64,000 bases of DNA. Source: Candidatus Woesearchaeota archaeon (lineage in GTDB: Archaea > Nanobdellota > Nanobdellia > Pacearchaeales > GW2011-AR1). Below, one piece after another: positions 55,456 to 63,000 of the stretch. Each line of letters begins with the position of its first letter. Positions within the stretch are counted from its first letter, which is position 1. The DNA is taken from contig CAZBDY010000003.1 in assembly GCA_964490795.1 (NCBI GenBank), forward strand, positions 2,752-66,751, given 5' to 3'. The notes beneath the pieces were generated by a model that worked only from the letters and a program-made list of their open reading frames with translations, was not told the origin of the DNA and made no database searches. The position numbers and the translations under genes were made by a program.

Positions 55456-56490
55456 TTAAGAAAACTTATGTTTTAAATGTTTCAATTCTTCTGAATTTAA
55501 TGGATTTTTATATAACTCATTAACTAACCATAATCCGGATTTTCTGATTTTCTGTTTAGAAGAAAATCTTCCCAGCCATTTCTTACTAGGAAAACATTCC
55601 TTACATAATGAAATTGTAGATATTAATTTTTTCTCTATATCTAATCTTCTCTCTTTATTATTTTCAGGAATAATTATAAAAGAAAAATTATTCTGAATAT
55701 AACTTGAAACCTGGTTTTCTATCTTTTCTTGTTTTTCTTTATCAACTAAATGAGAAAAATTTTCTCTTGCTTTTTTTGTAGTTAAATCTATCTCCCAAAT
55801 ATCTAAATAAGGGTTTTTACTTTTATTTAATAATGCTCTTCCAATGTTTTTTCTAAATATACTCCTATCTTTATTTTTATTAATAAAATGTTGTCTTAAT
55901 CTTGATTTTAACTGATTTTGCCCTGTATGTGTTCCTACTCTTACTATCCTATCTTTATTATGGGCTTTTTCATTTTTTTCAAACAAAACATATATGCCAT
56001 TTTCAGGAATTTCTTTATAATTAAATGGGAAATAAAACCTCTTTAAATTATTAAAAAAATTATGAACCTCTTTACAAATATTTTTTGTATTTTGTTTTAA
56101 AAATTTAAGTTGCTTTCCTATCCCTAAGCCTTTTAATGGAATTTTATAATCTTTAATGTATGAAATTAAAAACTCTCTGTATTTTTCACCACATAAAAAA
56201 ATAAATTCATCATTTTCTAAATCTGTTTTTTCTTGTAATTGTAATAAAACCTTTTTACCCCATTTTTCCCTCTCTTGTTTACTCATATTATTTAAACTTA
56301 AGTTATATGGCCCTATCTCCTCATCTAATTCTAATAACCCATATTTTGCAGAAACCACAAATATTTTATCTGGATTTAATTTTTCAGCATAGTTTAAATT
56401 TGATTTAAAATAATCAGAAATATAAAGATTTTGAGCTTTTTGTTTTTTATCTGATTTTTTACTTGCACAAGATAATAATACTATCTTCAT
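55456..56490 (-). CDS. Two-domain protein: DUF6884-like N-domain plus GIY-YIG nuclease-like C-domain
   Basis: N-domain: MKIVLLSCASKKS...LYISDYF...IFVVSAKYGLLELDEEIGPYN. C-domain: NGIYVLFEKNE...IVRVGTHTGQNQLKSRLRQHF...CKECFPSKKWLGRFS...SGLWLV. Family names are recalled from memory. Confidence 0.55.
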   Translation of the reverse strand: MKIVLLSCASKKSDKKQKAQNLYISDYFKSNLNYAEKLNPDKIFVVSAKYGLLELDEEIGPYNLSLNNMSKQEREKWGKKVLLQLQEKTDLENDEFIFLCGEKYREFLISYIKDYKIPLKGLGIGKQLKFLKQNTKNICKEVHNFFNNLKRFYFPFNYKEIPENGIYVLFEKNEKAHNKDRIVRVGTHTGQNQLKSRLRQHFINKNKDRSIFRKNIGRALLNKSKNPYLDIWEIDLTTKKARENFSHLVDKEKQEKIENQVSSYIQNNFSFIIIPENNKERRLDIEKKLISTISLCKECFPSKKWLGRFSSKQKIRKSGLWLVNELYKNPLNSEELKHLKHKFS

Positions 56491-56510
56491 AAAATCTCTA
56501 AAAGATAGAA

Positions 56511-56519
56511 TGTTTTAAA
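56511..56519 (-). promoter_or_regulatory. TATA box (TTTAAAACA on the minus strand)
   Basis: Starts 29 nt upstream of ATG 56490. Confidence 0.5.
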
Positions 56520-56536
56520 TCTAACTCTTAATAACC

Positions 56537-56545
56537 TTTTTATAC
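56537..56545 (+). promoter_or_regulatory. TATA box TTTTATACT for tRNA-Leu
   Basis: 30 nt before the mature 5' G of tRNA-Leu at 56567. Confidence 0.45.
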
Positions 56546-56566
56546 TCTTTACTTTTATTAAATTTA

Positions 56567-56704
56567 GCAGGAGTGCCGGAGTGGACAAACGGGATAGGTT
56601 TAGGTGAGATGTTATGAAAGCAAAATAAAAATAAACAAACTTTCATGCTCTCGAAAACACCTATTGGCTTAGTGCCTACCAAGGTTCGAATCCTTGCTCC
56701 TGCA
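56567..56704 (+). tRNA. tRNA-Leu (anticodon UAG) with a 54-nt intron at the canonical 37/38 position
   Basis: GCAGGAG acceptor pairs with CTCCTGC; anticodon stem ATAGG/CCTAT; loop TTTAGG|intron|A; long variable arm TGGCTTAGTGCCTAC; T-arm CAAGGTTCGAATCCTTG. Confidence 0.85.
56605..56658 (+). other. tRNA-Leu intron
   Basis: Sequence between anticodon-loop position 37 and the A preceding CCTAT. Internal 7-bp stem ATGAAAG/CTTTCAT, plus GAGA/TCTC pairing near the junctions. Confidence 0.7.
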
Positions 56705-56855
56705 TACCTTACTTAAACAAGGATGAGAACTTTAGTGAGAATCACTTAAACTTGGAAAAGTTTAAGTTCCCAAGAATCTATGATTGTTGAGGACTTGCTC
56801 CTGCATACCTTACTTAAACAAGGATGAGAACTTTAGTGAGAATCACTTAAACTTG
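56693..56855 (+). repeat. Two identical 62-nt direct repeats (56693-56754 and 56794-56855, period 101 nt); the first starts with the last 12 nt of tRNA-Leu
   Basis: CTTGCTCCTGCATACCTTACTTAAACAAGGATGAGAACTTTAGTGAGAATCACTTAAACTTG occurs twice, exactly. Confidence 0.85.
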
Positions 56856-56863
56856 AATTTAAA

Positions 56864-56986
56864 ATGAAAAAACTAAAAAAATGTAAGAAATGTGGAAAAT
56901 ATACCTTAAAACAAAAACATTGTAAAGAAAAAACTTCTGAAATTTCTTATAAATATTTAGAAATTAACAAAACAAGAAAAAATTAA
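56864..56986 (+). CDS. Nop10-like H/ACA RNP protein, short (40 aa; not in the ORF track)
   Basis: Own translation MKKLKKCKKCGKYTLKQKHCKEKTSEISYKYLEINKTRKN. Resembles the archaeal Nop10 N-terminus (KKCxKCGxYTLK), but the second Cys pair is reduced to one Cys. Confidence 0.45.
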   Translation: MKKLKKCKKCGKYTLKQKHCKEKTSEISYKYLEINKTRKN

Positions 56987-59442
56987 AATAATCTTTCCTG
57001 TTTTTCACCTATATCTAATTCCCCATACTCCCCATCATAACCCGGCTTAATTTTTATCTTATTATTCCTATTTTTAATAATCAAATCAGCTAACAAATTA
57101 TCATTAGGAACAACTTTTAAAATTTCTTCTTTACTCGCATTTAATAAAATATTAAACTCATTTCCAAAATTATCAATTAACTGATTATAGGTATTCCAGG
57201 TTTTTTTAGTAGATAGTGAAGAAGCTTTTGATACTGCAATTAACTCATGTAAGGGGATTAGTTCATAAACTTTTTTCTTAACTTCTGATTTTTGATCTGC
57301 TAACTCTTCAACTCTATAATCAACTCCAACTGTTAATGGCTTTCCACATTTAGGACACATTCCCTTTAATTTCTTGGTTTCAGAAGGAGAACAAGAAAAA
57401 TTGCATTTTCTATGCCCATCAAAATGATATCTCCCATAACTAGGATAAGTTTCTATAGTGCCTAAAAAAGAATTTTCTCTTATCTGTTTGATAATATCTT
57501 TATAATTTAATTTATTTTTATTTTCTAGATTAAATATTGTAGACTCTCTTCCTATACGCCAAGGCCAAAAACTATGCAAATCAGAAGATGAAATAATTGA
57601 TTTAGAATTTAAAAAACTAAATTTCCTTAACATCTCAATATCTGCTGATATTCCAGATTCAACTGCATTTATCTCTTTTGTTTTTTCCTGAAAACACTCT
57701 TTCAAAGAATTAAAGCCCCCTTTACTCCCAAATATGCCAAACCAAGGAGTCATACAATTATGTACTGCTAAATTTTCTGTTAAATAAGAACTATCTTGTT
57801 TTACTTCTAAATTATAAACTTCCCCCTTATAATTTTTTTTGTTTATTTCAATAATTGGTAAATAAATAAATTTCTCATCTATCCACCCTCTCCTTCTGCT
57901 TATTTTAGTTTTAAATTTCTTAAACTCTGAATACTTAAATAAATCCTCCCATCCTTCAAAAGAACACAAAAATCTAAAATAATAACAATTTTTATTTGCT
58001 TTAATATATCTCCCTTTAATAAATGAAGGTTTCTTTTTTCTAATTTTTTTTATATTTTTAGTGCTCATCATATCAATTGAAGGAATAATCCCTAATTTAA
58101 TAAAAAGATTCTTGAATTGATTCATTAAATAAACAGAAGTAGTTACACCCTTATCCCCTCTCCACCACCCAAGTATTAATTGTTCTATCTTACTCTTTGG
58201 AAGATTTATCATCCAGGCAGGTATTTTTTTAGTATGTGATCTATATGTATCTCCTTTATAAAAATATTTAAAAAATTCATATAGGATCTTGGAATAAATT
58301 AATAAAGAAATCCCTTTGGAATCTTCTTTAACTTCTTTTATTCTTAAATATTTTCCAAAAATCTCAAATAGAGTCTTTTTTAAATCATCCAGATATTTTT
58401 TTTCATTTTCATTAAAACTAAACCCAACATGATTTTTAGATATATCCCCCTCTGCAAGATAATACCCAATTAGTCTGCAAAAATTTTGTGAAATAAAAAT
58501 TTTCTTTTTAATAGGTATATTTTTTAAAAATATCTTTGCATTCCTAGGTTTAATAAATTCTTTTTCTGCATAAAAATTTTTTAAAAACTTGGATAAATCT
58601 AATTTATCAAGATTTTTAGTATATCTCTTTCTTGGATATAATACAATATCTCCTTTTTCTAAGTCTTTAACCTGTATCCAATCAGGAGAATAATTTTCAA
58701 ATGCTCTTATCTTGCAATTTCTTCTTATATACCTACAAGAGGGCTTACATATTGTATGAGGAACATTTTTACAATTTTTATAGCTTTTAATTGCATATAT
58801 AGGGTGCTCCGGAGTAAACCATGCTCCAATTTTGAGGCATGAGGGCACAATTTCAAGAATTTTCCCAAAATATTTTCTCTTATAAACCTCTTCTACCTTT
58901 CTACATCTCCCCTTATGTGTTAATACTTTATCTCCTTTTTTAATTTCTCTTATTTCCTTTACAGAATTTTGTGTATTGATTTTAGAATCCGGGAGTAAAC
59001 AATGAGCTGGAATAATCTCTATATCTTTACTTATTTTTTTCAGTTCATCAACTAATTCAACAGAAGAAAATCCAAAAATAGGCCTTCCATCATAATCAAT
59101 TCTCCCTTTTGATTTTAAAAAATCAGTTACTTTATCTCCTTCTTCTTTTCCAGGACATAAAATCACATGATGAATTCTTCTTCCTTTTCCATCTTGGGTG
59201 TATATTAATGATATCTCTGTCTGAAGAATAAAAGGAAATCCTGTTTTAGAATATAAAATCCCTTTTCTTTCCTCTAACTCATTAACTTCTTTACTCCACT
59301 CTGGATGTTGAAAGTCCCCTGTTCCCAATAATTCCACACCTTTAATTTTAGCATATTTTTCCAGATTTTCTAAATCTAATTTATTTGAAGTTGCTCTTGA
59401 AAACCTAGAATGAACATGCAAATCAGCAATAATACTCTCCAT
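56983..59442 (-). CDS. Endonuclease Q-like PHP-domain nuclease (TIGR00375-type) interrupted by an intein (extein 404 aa)
   Basis: ADLHVHSRFSRATS...LLGTGDFQHPEW N-terminus; ...IIPAH|intein|CMTPWFGIFGS; C-terminal zinc finger CPKCGKPLTVGVDYRVEEL. Confidence 0.75.
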   Translation of the reverse strand: MESIIADLHVHSRFSRATSNKLDLENLEKYAKIKGVELLGTGDFQHPEWSKEVNELEERKGILYSKTGFPFILQTEISLIYTQDGKGRRIHHVILCPGKEEGDKVTDFLKSKGRIDYDGRPIFGFSSVELVDELKKISKDIEIIPAHCLLPDSKINTQNSVKEIREIKKGDKVLTHKGRCRKVEEVYKRKYFGKILEIVPSCLKIGAWFTPEHPIYAIKSYKNCKNVPHTICKPSCRYIRRNCKIRAFENYSPDWIQVKDLEKGDIVLYPRKRYTKNLDKLDLSKFLKNFYAEKEFIKPRNAKIFLKNIPIKKKIFISQNFCRLIGYYLAEGDISKNHVGFSFNENEKKYLDDLKKTLFEIFGKYLRIKEVKEDSKGISLLIYSKILYEFFKYFYKGDTYRSHTKKIPAWMINLPKSKIEQLILGWWRGDKGVTTSVYLMNQFKNLFIKLGIIPSIDMMSTKNIKKIRKKKPSFIKGRYIKANKNCYYFRFLCSFEGWEDLFKYSEFKKFKTKISRRRGWIDEKFIYLPIIEINKKNYKGEVYNLEVKQDSSYLTENLAVHNCMTPWFGIFGSKGGFNSLKECFQEKTKEINAVESGISADIEMLRKFSFLNSKSIISSSDLHSFWPWRIGRESTIFNLENKNKLNYKDIIKQIRENSFLGTIETYPSYGRYHFDGHRKCNFSCSPSETKKLKGMCPKCGKPLTVGVDYRVEELADQKSEVKKKVYELIPLHELIAVSKASSLSTKKTWNTYNQLIDNFGNEFNILLNASKEEILKVVPNDNLLADLIIKNRNNKIKIKPGYDGEYGELDIGEKQERLF
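57757..59001 (-). mobile_element. Intein with LAGLIDADG homing endonuclease domain (415 aa) in EndoQ
   Basis: CLLPDSKI... start; FTPEHP block B; LIGYYLAEGD; ends GEVYNLEVKQDSSYLTENLAVHN, followed by Cys+1. Confidence 0.85.
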
Positions 59443-59498
59443 ACCTTACAAAAAATAACAACATTTAAATATCTATTTATAAAATTAAAAATATTAAA

Positions 59499-60008
59499 AT
59501 GACACAACAATCATTAGTTATAATAAAACCAGACGGATTAATTAAAAGCTTAACTGGAAATATAATCTCTGTCTTATCAGAAACTAAACTAAAAATAGTT
59601 GCAGCTAAAGTTTTAAAAGTTCCAAGAGAACTAGCAGAAGAACACTATAAACATCTAGAAAAAGAAAAAGGTGAAAAAATATTTCAAAATGTTATTGACT
59701 ATATTATGGGGAAATATCATACTGACAGAGTTCTTGCTTTAGTTTATCATGGAGAAGATTGTATTGAAAAAATTAGAAACATAGTTGGATTAACAAACCC
59801 AGAAGATGCACATCCAGTCTCAATAAGAGGAAAATACGGAAGAATAAACTCCAAAACAGATGTTTTTGAAAATGTTATCCATGCCTCAGATTCAGAACAA
59901 ACAGCTGAAAAAGAAATTAAGTTATGGTTTTCTCCTTCAGAACTATCTGAAATAATTTATCCTGCTAAAACAAAAAAACAAGAACAAGAAAAATTAGTTT
60001 GGAAATAA
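59499..60008 (+). CDS. ndk: Nucleoside diphosphate kinase
   Basis: SLVIIKPDG...IRGKYG...NVIHASDS. Confidence 0.9.
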   Translation: MTQQSLVIIKPDGLIKSLTGNIISVLSETKLKIVAAKVLKVPRELAEEHYKHLEKEKGEKIFQNVIDYIMGKYHTDRVLALVYHGEDCIEKIRNIVGLTNPEDAHPVSIRGKYGRINSKTDVFENVIHASDSEQTAEKEIKLWFSPSELSEIIYPAKTKKQEQEKLVWK

Positions 60009-63000
60009 TTATTCCTTTATCTCCTCATCTCTTATTCCTGCCTTAGTTAAAAAGAATGCACACTCATTATCAGGCAAATTTGGACTATCAATTAATTTAG
60101 CAACTCTTGAACCTTTTTTACCTCTTCTTAAATACATTCTATAAGTAGAATTATGAACCACAAAACCATTGGCTATATAATTCTCATTTTCAGGAACAGA
60201 AAAATCATAAAATCTTTCCTTTTTATTCTCTTCAATTTTTATTTCTCTTATTTTCTCAAAACTCAAATCAGAATTCAATAATTTTGAAATAAAATTAATT
60301 TTCTGCTTTACTTGCCTATCTTTAATTTCCCTATTCATTAAAAATTTAAATGCTTTTTGTAATTCTCTCTTATTAACCCAAACATATTTTTCTGGCCTGT
60401 GTTTAATTACTGAATAAGGTTTTAATCCCACTCTTTTTAACAAATCTACTAATTCTTTTCTTTTAACAGGCATCATCTCCTTAATATAAGTTTCATCATA
60501 ATATCTTACCCATCTTAATAACTGATTTTGTTTATCTCTGGCTGTAAAACCTATTTTTAAATAACCTAAAACTTCTCTTGAATTTAATCTCAATATACTC
60601 ATATTTTTTCTGCCTATATCAAATTTAATTGTAGATTTAATTCCAACCCTTAATAAAAACAACTGTAAATATCTTAATATTTTTTTATCTTTATTAGATA
60701 TTGTTATCATCGCCCTATCTTTATTAATATGTCCCTCAGCATCAACAAAACCCCTGATAAATCCTGCTATAACTTCTTTTTTTGATTTACCAATATAATC
60801 ATAAATATTTTTAAAAATTAATTTAACAAAATTCTTTATTTCTTTTGAATTTATGTTCAAAGTATAACAATTTTTATTTTTCATCTTGGATATTTTTCCT
60901 TTCCTTCCAAACTCTTTTTCAAACAAAAAATTATAGTTTTCTAAAATTTCTTTTCTTTCATCTCTAAATCTCAAACTTCTATTTTCAAAATTTCCATCAC
61001 CCACAAAATATCCACAAATCTGAGCCAAACCAGGAGTCATCATTTGTGGTAAAACTAAATTCTGATGTTTATATGTATAACAAGGCATTTGTGTTATCAA
61101 TCCAAAATTTTTTTGTAAATTATTTATTACATTAACATAAGTTGGATAATTCTGATTTAAAACTCTCCTAAACTGTCTAGGAGTTATTCCTATATTTTGA
61201 CATATTTGTTCTCTTGTAATCCCTTTTTGTTTCAATTTTTCTTTAATTTCTAAAGCCGATTCTTGGGAAATCTTTCCTAATTTCTTTACCCTTGTAAATG
61301 GCAATTTCTGCTCTTCTCCTTTTATCTCCACTTTCCCTGCCTGCACAACAAAATCACCTTTTTTTAAATCTTTAGCTTCCTTTTCTGTTATGGAAAAATT
61401 TTCTATTGTAAAAAATCTATGTAAAGGAGAACATTTAATCTGGTTATTTGTCTTAATTTTGTATTTTTTCTTCACATCAGGATTAATAAAAACTGTTTCT
61501 GAATCTGCCTTTTCTAATTTCATCTCTTTAAAACTACTTGAAATTACTTTCTCCTGTTTCATGTCTTTAATTGTTTTTATGCTTCCATCTCCCAACTGAA
61601 TTAAAGAATCTCCTGTTAAACAAGCATGCCCAACTATATTCCCTCCTATTGCTGTTGTTGGATCTCCGAACATAACAGCTGGATTAGACATAACCTGATT
61701 AGTAACATATATAGCAATATTATACTGTTCAGCTAACATAACTAAATCATGAATATACCTATTTAATGTCTGCTGTCTTTCTGCCAAGGTTCCTCTTCCA
61801 GAATATTCTGCCCTAAAATGTGCTGTTAAAGAATCAACTACAACTAATTTTATTGGTTCTCCTTCCTTAATCATATCTTTAATTTTATCAACTAGCAACA
61901 TCTGATGACTTGAATTAAAGGCACGAGCAACAAAAATGTTTTTCAAAACTTTTTCAGAATTTGCTCCTAATTCTTCTGCAATTTCCTTAATCCTTGCTGG
62001 TCTAAATGTCCCTTCAGTATCAATTAAAACTGCCTTTCCATTAGCTCCTCCTTTTTCTATCGGTAATTGAACATTAACTGCAAGAGTAAATCCTAACTGT
62101 GAATTATGCATTAAAGTGGGCATATTCCCTCCAATAAAACTATGTCCTTCTGGAACAACGAAATCATAAACATAGTCATTATAATCTACCTCCTTTATAC
62201 TCTCAATAATATCCCAATTAAACATCCTTATCTCAGAAATTATTTCAAGTGCGAGATAAATTGCATCTATTCTAGTCCTTAATTCATTAATAATTAGGTT
62301 TTTTAATAATTCTGATTTGTTTTGAGGGAGTTTTCTTAAATAATAATTTCTTATACTGTTCTTTTTCAATCCAAGTTTATCTGACAAAGAATTAAAGGCA
62401 AAAGGAAGTTTAGGATAAACCTTTTTCAATAATTCAGTATCTAATTTATTTTTAAGTGAGTTTAAAATTTCTAAAAAGCAGTTTTTTTGTTCTTCAAATA
62501 CTTTTTCTATTTTATCAAGTGTTTTGCTATTTATTGCTTTTCCTCTATATTGATTAATTAAATTTGCATAAATTGTTTCTTCCATATTCCTTTTTCCTAC
62601 TTGTTTTCTGATTTGCCCCCTATTCCCTCCCAAACTCTCCCTATATAATTCAGAAATAAAAGATATTATTTTTTGAGGGTATCCGTAACTGCTATTTAAG
62701 GGGTTACAACTAAAGTTTTTTGCCTTAAATAAAATATTTTTTATCCTTGTCCTATCCTCTCCAGAAATTCTCACCACATAGAATAATTTATTATCAACAA
62801 TTTTATTTTTAATACTAGATGCAATCCCAAGTCTTAACAACAAATAACTAATTTGGGTTGCTAACTTTTTACTTTTAGTAGTTGCTGAAACATCTGTTTT
62901 TGCAACCTCACCATCCCCATCAAGATATCCTCCTAAAAAAGAGCCAATAACTTTTTTATTTGAAAGAAAAATTGCTTCAGGAATAAACTTATTTGCGGCA

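Noticed and set aside
56755-56805. Second copy of the tRNA-Leu 3' end considered as a split-tRNA half or a tRNA pseudogene.
   Set aside because: Only the last 12 nt of the tRNA are duplicated. The preceding spacer (GTTGAGGA) cannot form a T-arm, so it is not a functional half gene.
27301-56855. CRISPR array search: the direct repeats at 27301..27398 and 56693..56855.
   Set aside because: Each has only two copies, with spacing and sizes unlike repeat-spacer arrays, and no cas genes are in the window.
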